Assembly: GCA_964035545.1 (NCBI GenBank)
Contig: OZ037773.1
Coordinates: 6,911,751-6,975,750 of the forward strand
Length of the DNA: 64,000 bases
DNA from: Bugula neritina
Taxonomy: Eukaryota > Animalia > Bryozoa
Reading direction: 5' to 3'
This document shows positions 48,330-60,418 of the stretch, piece by piece. The position numbers were made by a program, and so were the translations under genes. The stretch's first letter is position 1, and every line of letters starts with the position of its first letter. The notes under the pieces were generated by a model. It made no database searches. It saw nothing but the letters and a program-made list of their open reading frames with translations, and was not told the origin of the DNA.

Positions 48330-51300
48330 ATGGAGCCATTGACTAAAAGCTACACAAGCTCTTATGATTCTCAACACCCTCTTAGAGAAGATCTCACTTT
48401 GTATAAAGTGTTTGAAGAAGCCAGAGGAAAAGGTCTTGTTGGAGAAATTCATAATTTAGAAACCAACACCAGAATATCAACTGAAGAAGTGTTTGCTAAG
48501 GTATGGGTTATATTTTAGTTGAGCAGAATTTTCTAATACCCATCTTTATTTGCACAGTTGTATAATAAAAAGATAATAATAATTAGATAATTCTATAATT
48601 GCTTATTGCTGTAATGTTATGTTGCAGGCTGACCAATATGCAAAGGGTTTGTTAGCCTGTGGTTGTGTACCTGGTAAAGATGCCTTGTGTTCAATGGGTG
48701 TTTCTTCCTTGGAACCAATTTCGCTCTTTGTTGCTGCAGCTTCTATTGGAGTTGGATTTGGGGTATTTAGCTTTATTACTCTATTTTATTACTCCATAAC
48801 TCTAGACTTTGCTAAGTGTTATGCCAAAAGTCTTTATGCTGAGATTTCATTACAATAGTAATGTACAAGCTTATTCACACTAAAAGGGACACTTCAAAGA
48901 CACACTACTTTACTAAACAGTAACAGCTTACTGCATCAGGTTATTGTAGACTAATAAATCATATTATGTAAAGAAGCTGTAAATAAAATATAGATCAACA
49001 TAAATAAAAGTATTCTGTAACTTACAGAAGCCATACATTTACACTCCAAGAGAGCAATGTATAATCAATGTGGTGTCAGCCTTGGAGCCGAAAGTCATCG
49101 TTGTTGGTGAAGCTGATTATGGAGATACTTTCTCTGCTCTGGTGACTCTGTTTGATGATTGTGAGACTCCGACATGTTCTAAGTATGTGTCAATATTTCT
49201 ATTGTATGGTACAGAGGCTATGTGATATTATATATCTTACATCATATATTCAAAGTGTATAAACTATTTCTACTAGTTCAGTGTCTGTATAATATATTAT
49301 ACTTATAGATTACCTACAGTGAAGCACGTCTTCTATGATCACACACATAAAGATAGATCACCTTCACACAAGTTTCTAAATAATCTAGACAAACTGATTG
49401 AGATGGGAAAAGTCATCACTGATGAACAGCTGGCAGTGGCTAAAAGCAGCGTTCAGCCAGACCATGACCTGTTCTACACCTTTTCATCGGTAAGAAAGTA
49501 GCATTTCCCGCTCCGGAATATCACCAACTTTTGGCTTATAAAACTGCTTCATTATCACATAATGTTCCTGACAGAAAACCTCTCTTCAAAAATAATTCTA
49601 TAGTAGTAAATTTGAAGCTTTAAAGTTGCTTGTAGATATTAAAGTGTAAAATTTGGAAGCATGCATTAGTGATTTACTGAGTGTGTAGTGTTGACTTTAC
49701 AACTCTACCTAAAGTACTAGGTAAATCATTTACACCAAGTCTGTATTCCAAGTCACAATTTCAAGTCATGCAGTCTTAGTCAAGTAAGATTAAGTCACGG
49801 TGTCAAGTCACACAGCGCTAATCAGAACAAGCTCAAGTCACAGTTTCAAGTCGCTCAGTCTCAGCCTGAGTCTCAATTCGTAAGCTCAAATCTCAGTCTC
49901 AATCTTTATACCCAAGTTGGTTAGAAAGCTAAGTCAATAATTGCAATAATAAACCCTGCTTAGATGATATTAATACTTCTTTGTAACTACGTATGTGTTA
50001 TCATATTATTGTAATACAAGAGTGTCACAGTGGTATGCAGTGTTAGTGTCTAGCCTAGTGACATTTCTCCCTAGAGATAACTAGCCCATCAGGTAGATTA
50101 ATTATATGATGTCATACAGCTGTTCCTTTTTATCTAAATCTTGACAACTACTTTCATTTACAGACTTCCTTTTGTATTTGATGAGATATTCATCTAGGAT
50201 ACAATACAACTACAATGTTGTATACACTGTGATAATATACAATATAACTACAATATTGTATATACTGTGCTAATATAGAATATAACTACAATATTGTATA
50301 TATACTGTGTTACAGGGAAGCACTGGCAAACCCAAGTGTATAGTACACACAAATGTTGGACTGGCGAATGACATACTACTTCTGCCAGATTCTAGTGGAG
50401 TAAGTACTCACTACTAACCATGGTTATGATAAATTAATAGAGTTGAAAAATACTTTGTCAATGAACTCCCTTAAACCGAGTACTTGTATTGTTTTAAATC
50501 AGACAGGTTGATGGATTCTATGCTCTGCATCTTTTACCTGAGGCATTAAGCTGTGGGTTATCAAATCCTGCAATAACGGGCGTTTCTTATATTTTTCTTT
50601 TCTATTAGGATTTCTTATAGGTTACTATTCTATAACTCCTTATTCTATTTATTACACTTTTACACTGAATTACCTATATCAGTTATAACTGGGATAGAAG
50701 CAAATCTGTTTTTCCAGTAGAACCAATATTTATTTTGCTAAATATTTCGCTGATAATTTTTTCTCTATTAAATAGTATAGCCACCATTTGAGCACGATTT
50801 TACAATAACAATTGCTTGGGGTTGATTTCTTTTCACTTTGTCTTAAAAGTTCTTACGAGACTGATAGAGTCAATGTAATCAGTTGACTCGAACTATTGCA
50901 GAGATATTTTTGCCACTGAACTTAACCTTGAACCTTTGCTAATTGAGTGAAATATAGAATAAATTTCTATACACTGCAGGATTAGAAAATGTATTTTAAT
51001 TTATTGATAAAATAATTTACTGATCAATTTTAGAAAACTATTTAATAAACTGACAAATCAGTAATTTTATTCTTTAGCAAATCTACTTGATAAAACTAAT
51101 CAATATCAAAATCTAATTAATCAATCTTGTAAACTTCCATTATCGCACAAATAAAAAGTTGGTGTATTCTCACCACAGAGTTGTTTGTGAGTTAGAAGTG
51201 GGTCTAAGATAATGATGATTGATGTTGACTGGGTCGGTGACCTATTAAAATAGTAGGATTATGTGGGTCAACCTGAGGGCGAGAGTCATAAAACACAATT

Positions 51301-54300
51301 AATCTCTTTTGTGAGTATTAGGTAAATTGATTTAATCTTTTGAGTCTAGAGACTTAGTGACTCACTTGAGTGAATATTTTATCCGTCATGTGACATCTTG
51401 GGATATCATGTGACATCTTGTGATATAATGTTATATCTTATGACAATTTTTTGGGTATCATTTAAAAAAAAATATGTCAGTAAAAAAATATTAAATAAAA
51501 AAGGCTTTAATTGATGCCTAGTTGAAATTTTGAAAATAAATGACCCATTTGTAAGCCACTATTTACTCAAACCTCTGTTACATTGTAATCTATTAAGCTA
51601 TTAAATTTCGTTTCATATTTTTACTAGCCGGCATTAACGATGAATCCAAGCATGGATGAAACCAGCAGCTTTGCGTTTGTAGTCGGCATATTAGCAGGAA
51701 AGACGGTGAAGCTTATACTCAGCATGCAGATTACACCTGAAAACGCTGTTGAAAAGACAGGAATGCTTCCTGATGTGATACTCAATGAAAAGTAAGGAAC
51801 AGGAAGTTATATAAGGTGGCAGGGAAGATTATTAAGAATGAAATATGTTAACCTTTATACCTGAACTACAGCTACTGGAAATTTATTTCCCTCCTATATT
51901 TTTCTGTACAAATTCATTTGCCAGAGTCTATTTCATTTGAAGAATGTTTCCTTTTACTTTCTAGGATTGAGACTCTAGGAATGGGAGGACAACTTGTACA
52001 ACTGATAGCTCATCATATGAAGAAGAAGGGAAATGTCGAGGTTTCACATCTCAAGTACATATTGTATGGTGGACAAGTCGTGACGAGGCAGTTTAAAGAA
52101 AATATCAAAGCTGTGTTTGGTGAAAAACATATTGTAAGTTATTAAATAATTTTAGAGCTAATTACATGAAGTTTTCCAATGCCTATTTTGCGGCATATTT
52201 AATTTATATGATTTTAGGTAAAAATGGCGCAGATAATAATGGCACAAATGGAAAAGTAGGCAAAAATGGCACAATTGCTGCTAAATTTTCTCAAACCCTA
52301 AACCTAAACCCCGGCCATCCTCTACTCCAAACCCTAATATTAAAAATGTGCAATTTTTACCTAATTTTCTATTTGTGCCATTGTTGCCTGTGTCATTATT
52401 GCCAGTCACCAATTTACAATATTAGCTAGTTGTTACAGTACTATTTATAGGCAGTATATGGAATGTCTGAAGTGGCCATAGTCAGTTTGGCCACCACTGA
52501 GGATGGGCCCGAATATGAAGAAGCAAGGCTAGATGGCAAACTCTACATAAAATCTAACCTTGAGGTATAGAATACTATACCGTATCTTCATTTGTTCTGA
52601 ATCAACTGACATTTTATAATCAGTACCCTACATCTATATGAAACGCTTGCACTTTGCAAAATTGTGTTTCCAGTAGTTACGATGGACAGTTGCTTACATA
52701 AGCTGGTGTAATACTGCATGGTTTAGTAATTTATATTGAGATGTTAGCAGATATGTATCTGTGCACTTTATCAGGGGTGAATATAGACTGATCCCATTGC
52801 TGCCTGGTAAATGATGCATACAGCTCAAGCTCTGCATGTTTTCACTACATGTTTTGGCTAGTTATATCACAGCTGCCAGGATTTAAAAATTTCTATAATT
52901 TAAAAAAATAAATTATTTACACTTTTTAAAATTCTTTTTTATGCTAATGTATCTGCAAATAAAGTTCCTTCAATTTTGAAATTGTTGAAAATGTCTACAT
53001 AATTTTTCATTTATAAATATTCCAATTTGCAACTTAGAACAATACATTCTTCTGCATATGCAATATACTTGTCGCTAGAACTGTGAAAATGTAAAGCTTC
53101 TTTGATCAAGGCCTTATCTACGATAATATATAGCCTATTATGTTAATTTCACAAAAATTATAATGAAGTACACTGTTGCATTTTACAGATACGGCTTGTA
53201 GATCAGCACAGTGAGATTGTTGATATCGGAGAAGAGGGGGAGCTGGAAGTTAAAACTTATAGCTCTTTCAAAGAGTATAAAGGAATGGAAGAAAAGACAC
53301 ATGCAACATTCACTAAAGATGGATTTGTTAAAACTGGGTAAATACTATAAATATTATGACTATATTATACATTTTTATTTTTCTTAACTGAAGTAGTTTT
53401 CGAAATGTTGATAAATCAGCACATAAATTGATGCAAAGGTTGCTTTTTGTTACAAACTATTCAGTTAAAATATTCCAGATGTCCACATTCTAAATATCTT
53501 TAAAATTAAATATATTAATATTTGCAGCTAGAATACAATAAAGGATATCATTGAATTTTTAAAAATGAATTTTATTGCACTCAACCAGTTCAAATAAGTG
53601 ATGAAAGTTTAAAAAATCTATAGTTGAACATTATATAGGGTGATATGGGTTATACTATTTCAATTGCAAAAAGAGCTTGTTTGAAATTACATCTGTTATA
53701 TTTTAACACCAAGAAGTGTATGTTTAACAATAAGAAAGCATAAAATAATAATTTTTATAGCCAGCACTATACCCTCTATCAACACCATGCATGCTATTGA
53801 GTGTAAATAATTTTAGTGTATGCAGTCTACGCAGCAAGCAGGGCTCTATAGTGCAAGGTAGCAGTAGGCTTTTCTATTTTCGTAATGAATTTCATATGGT
53901 TGATACAAGCTTGTTATCAGCAAAGTGTTAAAACTGCATGCCTTATAGCAAATCGATAAATATTTGAACATTTTGTAGTCTAAATAACTTTTGAGTAGAT
54001 AACATTATCATTTATTATGTGTAAGAGAAGGTGTTTACACTGGCATTGTTTCTTTTAAGTCATTGTTATTTATCTATTGAGAAACGTCCTTTTGCTACTT
54101 ATTCTCTGACAATTATAAGTCCAGCAGCTAACTTTGATCAATGAAAACTGTAATATTTAAACACTATAGTAAAAACTATGTTATCAATTCTATCAGCTAA
54201 GATTAACATCTCCCATAGGCAGCCAATTGTTTCCATGACAACCTTGACAACAACGCTGATGTGCAATCTTATTTAATCTGCAGAGATGTAGCTGTAATGT

Positions 54301-54840
54301 TTGCTGACGGATCTCACCATATCAGAGGGCGGGCTACGGATGCCTTCAGGTTTAAGATCATGGCCAAAGCATTTTATCCGGGACCTATTGAAGATATTCT
54401 TGTTCAATTTCCAGGAGTGACTAACGCTGTGGTAAGAGACTATCTCTGAATAAATTTTGATTTTTATTCATGCAGGGGTTTTGTTGCTGTGGTTCTCAAT
54501 GCAGCTGCTTTAAGTTGCGGGTAGGCAACTTCATGTACCTTAATCAATGTATATCTACTAGATCTTGAATCTTTCCATTCAATGTTAAGTTGTTCTATAA
54601 GCAGCTCCAGGTTGGGGGTGATTAAGTGCGGTAGTTTGTGATTCTTGAGTTTGGAGTTGGGGGTTTAAGTTGGAACTTGAAACCTGAAAAAATTCCAAAC
54701 TATTGCACTCGGTCACCCTCAACTAGGAGCTTCTTATAGAATGATGTTTGTATTTCATCACTGAGTTCACACAGTATATGCTAGTATATGCCATCACTCA
54801 CTTTTCATTGAAATTAATTGTTATCATTGTTCATTTTATA

Positions 54841-54922
<82 letters not shown>

Positions 54923-55106
54923 GTATTGATACAATTTTGGATATAAAAATAAACTTAGATCTTCATATTATTGACTACAATATTGTAGTCAATAATATGA
55001 AGATCTAAGTTTATTTTTATATCCAAAATTGTATCAATACCAAATATAAGTACTCTATTTTTCGAAATATTGAGTTCTTTTGATTCATTTTTAATTATAA
55101 AAACTA

Positions 55107-55160
<54 letters not shown>

Positions 55161-56562
55161 CAAAATAAGGTAGGTTGTATTTTCATTATTGCAATAAACC
55201 TCTGCTGTAGGTATCAGTTGCCCTGACTAATGACGCATACGGAGATGAAGTTACATATTGCATCAGGTATTACGTTGATAATATAATTAATATAATAATA
55301 TAATGTAAAAATATAATATATTAATATAATAAAATAATATTATATTAATATAGGATATTATTATAATAATGTAAGTATTATAATTTAATGCATTAGTTTA
55401 ATTAATGTAGTAATATATAATATGTTGATATAATATTTTGATATAATGTATTAATATAATACTACAATGTATTAATATATTGATACATTGTTATTATAAG
55501 GATTTTTCTAAATACAGTCTGAGACGAATGTGCAGTAACGTATCTTCTAGTTCAGCATATAATATGAGACTGATAGCCTTTCAACTGACAAATATATTTT
55601 ATAACTACTCTTTTATGTTACTATAAGCACTCTAGTTCTCAGTGCATGGAAACTAAACCTTCAGATTTTTATAAAAAATAAAGTTTATGTACGAAAACAA
55701 TTTCAATGTTAGTCTTATACTTTATAATTTATTAGAATGTTTTGTTGTATTCCAGTATGGGTGAGAGTGTTCCAATACCTTCTGAACAAGATTTGCTTGA
55801 TTTTATGAAGAAGAAAGGAGTTAGTACTTTGTTTATAATTATATTTGAATTGAGGCATTAAAATAAAACATGCTAATTTTTTTTTATTTTTGCAGACAAT
55901 GTTTTATTGTAGTTATATTTAAGTTATTGTATTTATAACCATAATCCTAAGCTTTTGATTTTAATGTGTTTTGACATAAAATTAGTTTTTCCCTTATAGC
56001 TTAAAGTCTGCTATGATTTTATTTAAACTATAACCAACACGAGTGGTTTTTTTAGTAATTAGAAAAAAAATATTGATCGTGTTTAGGAAAAGAGCTAGTG
56101 GAGCAGAAATTTCAAAGATTTTAAATTTGCGAGTTCACCATTTCTCATCAGAGCAAATTAACCACAGAATTTTTCAAAATTTTCAAGTGACAATTGTAAA
56201 AACGGAAATTAATACTTTACACCTTGAGCTTATTTTAACTTGACTGAAATAATTTGAATTTGAATTGTTGTTACAGATTGACAAACATCAGATGCCCGCT
56301 AGGATTCTGTACTTTGATTTGTTTCCTTCCACACCAAACAGTAGAAAAGTAAGAGTTATCTCTACATGCTGCGTAATGTATAAAATTATTAAAATAATCT
56401 GAATTTAGTAGTTGTCTTACCATAACTAAATATGTTGTCATTTAGATAAGTAAACCTGGAGTGAAAGAAGAAATAATGAAAAGAGTGGAGGCTGATCCCA
56501 ATGCAGGCATAACCCAGTGGTATAAGAAGTTATGTGACACAGTTACTAATGGGTTTGAATAA
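48330..56562 (+). CDS. ANL-superfamily adenylate-forming enzyme (acyl-CoA synthetase/ACSF2/luciferase-like), copy 1, ~617 aa, 15 exons
   Basis: Exons 48330-48500, 48628-48762, 49028-49182, 49309-49489, 50316-50399, 50507-50581 (weak donor), 51628-51791, 51965-52133, 52451-52564, 53189-53337, 54284-54431, 55211-55266, 55756-55819, 56277-56348, 56446-56562. P-loop FSSGSTGKPKCIVHT, YGMSE, GELEVK, DGFVKTGD, IRGRATD, C-terminal PSTPNSRKI. Confidence 0.92.
52217..52410. mobile_element. MITE-like element with internal AAACCCT repeats
   Basis: AATGGCAC repeats on the left mirrored by GTGCCATT/GTCATT on the right; central AAACCCTAAACCTAAACCC. Confidence 0.65.
54591..54743. mobile_element. Hairpin MITE-like family 3, copy 2
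   Basis: TTCTATAAGCAGCTCC...GGAGCTTCTTATAGAA inverted ends; similar to 34186-34345. Confidence 0.7.
54845..55158. repeat. Two (TA)n runs enclosing a 134-bp perfect palindrome (54915-55048)
   Basis: Arms are exact reverse complements about the 54981/54982 centre (…TTGACTACAAT|ATTGTAGTCAA…). Confidence 0.93.
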
Positions 56563-57180
56563 TATAAAGGACTTTTCCATCATCCTATTCCATTTATACA
56601 AAAACATGTTATACAAAAGTATTATTTTGTTATCGTATCATCTTGTTGCAAGATGAAAATATTATTTTAGTACCTCAGCTAAAACTATTAAATGTTTCTT
56701 TTTCAATTTTATTGATAATTTTATACTAAATAATAAAACAATTAAAGCTGTTGTTATATAAATGTTCAGCAGCAACAATAAAATATTCATAAGATCAATA
56801 ATATTGATATATAGAGGTAGTAAAAATTATATATATAATTTGCGTAATACAAAATATATTTTACAATTGGTTGCTCGCAATACATTTTTCAGCATAATTG
56901 AGTTTACCCTAAATTTTAATCTCCTAAATTGTGTGCACCGCTATACTAAATTTACATTTAAATTTGATTTATAAATTTTAAACACTGCATCAAACCTGCC
57001 ATTTTTATTAAATTAAATTTAATTTAATCGAATTTAATTTGCAAATTAGTGTCACCAGCTTTAAATTTACACAATATTTAAAAATCCAACTCACCATAAT
57101 TAAAAATTGATCAAGAAGATTATGTTTTACTTGCTATAGATAGTTTATCTGTTGTTGCAAGAAAAACTGTATTCAATGCA

Positions 57181-59124
57181 CTACAACTGAGTTAAAGAGT
57201 AGAAAAGTAAGAGTATGGTGGCACTTAGTGAGTCCAACTGAGTGGCTGCAGATTCCAACTGAGGAGGGCGGTTACACAGGTCTGTGCTGCACTCACAGTA
57301 CTCGTGCACTAAATTCTCTTCAAATCGGGCAGGAGTTGTCTTGCAGTTCTCATCTAGTGCTGACGGGAGAATACAACCCCTGCAGTCAAAACGTTGAAAA
57401 CATGAAAAGTATTTCAATTTGATAAAAAAGTAGCAACTAAATTATTTTTGTTACTGGTTGATTTTAAAAGATCATGCATGAATGTGTAGATAAAGCTTGT
57501 ATGCACATTTAATCTTAATTTTTGATTTCCAAAGTTATAAAAAACATGTTTGACAGTTGTCTTGGAAACTACAGAATAATGTGAAATAATTAATGCAGAT
57601 AAAGATTCTGCAAGGATTTATATAAATTTAAGTAAAAAAATAACGTTTAGTGTATGGAAATTCGCTACATTTTAAATTTGCACATAATCTAAGAATTAGA
57701 TAATATAAAATTATTAGTATAAGAAATCAAAGGAAGTACCTAATAATACTAGTAGGAATCATCTCCCCTTCAGATGTGTTGTAGGTTCTAGTAGTGAAAC
57801 AAGCCGTATTGTGTTCAGAGCAGTGGGTCACATAAGGCTGCAAGGTAGTCAAAATGTCAGCATAAATTATAAATTTCATTCTATATAGCATTCCGCTATG
57901 AATAGTAATTTTATTTTTACCTAACTTTTTGCTGGGGCATTTGCAGAAGCCCGATGCTATGATGCAGCATGAGTATTACAGGCTATACACCTCAGTTAAT
58001 CTGTATTGAGCAAATCAGTTCTTGCAGTGAATTAGAGTTTCATATAAAATACAATGCAAGACGGAAGTCAACGTAAAACCTCTCCAAGTTTAACACGATC
58101 GATGATGATCATGTTAGTAGCCATAATAGCTCTGTTGCCAACAACACATATTATAGGTTGCATAATTCTGATATACTTTCTAGCTGGATTTTAGATAAAA
58201 TCACAGTTGCTGATAAAATCATTATGACTCAACATGAATCGTCATGATCCTATAGAGAGTTGTTTACAATTAAATGAGTTCTCAGCGTACAAAGTGCAAA
58301 TAATCTTGCTATTTAGCAGCTTTCACTTTGATGAACATAAAAGAGAAGCAATTTATATTATTGTTTTAGCAAACCATACAAATATATGTTTACATTGGAC
58401 TGCATCAGCTATAAAGACTGCAGTATTTGAAAGCTAAAACAAGTAATTGTGCAACGTTATGCATCTATTTACACTTAACTAGATATAATGTATAGCAGTA
58501 TTCTAATTTTTGTTGGAATTAAATGTGAACTTTGAGAAAAGTAGTTTTGACATGTTATACACAAGTATTTATCCATGTATTTGTAGAGCTCACAATACTT
58601 TATGTGCTGCGCATTTTAATTAGTAGATGTAAAGTAAAATAAACAGGCATACCAAAAGCTTTTTCCCATCCCAGCAGTCCAGGTTTTCACTGTCTGAACG
58701 AGCATTGCAGTGAAAGCATTTTCGGCTCAGAATGCCTACAAAGTGTAACACACAGCATAGAAATGAGATGTTAAGAATATTTTCATGTACACAACAAGCT
58801 ATATATAAGGTTTGTAAATAATGTACATATATAAAGTTCTCGACAAACTTTGAAGTTAATATCTTTCATTAATTCTTGTATTTTTCGAACATGCTTTGGT
58901 AAAACTGCAAGTAACAATCATGACTTTTCAAATGAAGGAGGACAGCTTATATACCAACAACTATGATTATGTTTTTAACAAAAAAATGTACTGAAATCGC
59001 AAAAAATCAATAATAACTTGTAAAATTATTCAAAGATAAAGCAATACTTAGTTATAAACTCACCTTCAATAAAGAAGAACATGTTAATCAAAGTTAAAAG
59101 ATGCCAGTGTTTTGTAAAACTCAT
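57181..59124 (-). CDS. Ly6/uPAR three-finger protein, quiver/sleepless-like, predicted GPI anchor (~146 aa)
   Basis: Exons 59124-59064, 58735-58653, 57837-57740, 57379-57181 give a signal peptide + KCFHC...DCW...HCS...ACF...RGC...NCK...YCECSTDLCN (10 Cys, terminal CxCxxDxCN) + hydrophobic C-terminal tail. Confidence 0.9.
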
Positions 59125-60418
59125 TATATACTCCTGACTTTGCTCTTCTATTTCTATACTTTTTATTCTGTTCCTCTAATCCTGTTCTATTTCTATACAC
59201 ATCTGATTCTGTATACATAGAATACTGTACAGTTTAATTTGTTAGTCTTTATGTATCCAACAGCTGCAAAACCTGACCTTGTTGTCCGAACACTCCATCA
59301 GCCTGAATAACTGTTTCTTACCAATAACATCAGGTTATGAGTAACTTGGCTAGACGTGTATAGGGTTGAGATAAATGCCAGTCATTGCCCAAAGCCTATG
59401 CTAACATTATTAGAAAGACCAGGTTATGGTTGGCAGTTTTCCTTGTTTTGTTTGCAATATCCTATTAGATGATGCTATCTTTGCACAGTGTGTGTCAGTT
59501 GACCTAAGGGTTTGATTTGATAACATCTAACTGTCTAAACAGTTTTTATATAAAAATATGTTTTTTTCTGTATGCAGTAGCTGTCCTATAGTAGCTATAA
59601 GTAAATATACTGAATGTAAAGAAATTACAAATTTAATTAATATTGCAGCAGCATATTTTTATGTTTAATTATATATACATAATATTACATTCTTAATAAT
59701 AAAAATTTGCATACGAACAGCTTTTTATATATTAAAATAATAAGATGAGAAGCTGAAAATTTTGTCAACTGTGAAAGCTTAAATATAATATTCATATAAA
59801 GCGTACTAGTTTTGATAACTAACAGTTGCAAAGTTTTTATCTTTATAATATACACAAATAGCATGTTAGCTGCTAAAAATCTGACAGCATCTGAAAGCAT
59901 GAAATCATTAATTTTTGCATAAAACTAATGCTTTCGATTTTCTTTACAACTTCTGTTATATTTGCTGTATTATCAAATGTAGCTGTAGTGCTTTCATATC
60001 GTATGCAGGGGCTTTATATTATACCAGTATTACAGCAAAGATTTATTTCACAAGTAGCAAGGTTGTATATTTTATTCTTCATGCATATATTATACTGTTA
60101 CAGTCGCAGTAATATATTATTGCTACATGCATTAATATATTGATAGAGACAATAAATACTGCTACAGACACAGTAATATATTGATACAGGTATAGTAATG
60201 TATTAGCACAGGCATAACAGAAAAAACAGCTTCTTATTGCATTGGTTTTAAATTATAGAAGTTAGCATATAATTTAGTTATATCCTGATATATAGTGTCC
60301 AGCATTACCTACTCTAGTTATTACAAACTAGCATCACTATTTTTATATATAGGCGATACACTATAGATGAAAGTTTATAGCTGTCAGCATTGCCTGAGCA
60401 ATAATGGGATGTTTATAA

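Noticed and set aside
49735-49920. CAAGTC/CTCAGT-rich stretch
   Set aside because: Probably a decayed transposon subterminal repeat, but no matching ends or TSD could be defined.
48330-56562. Calling the ANL enzymes luciferases
   Set aside because: Superfamily membership alone is not diagnostic; no luciferase-specific signature could be confirmed.
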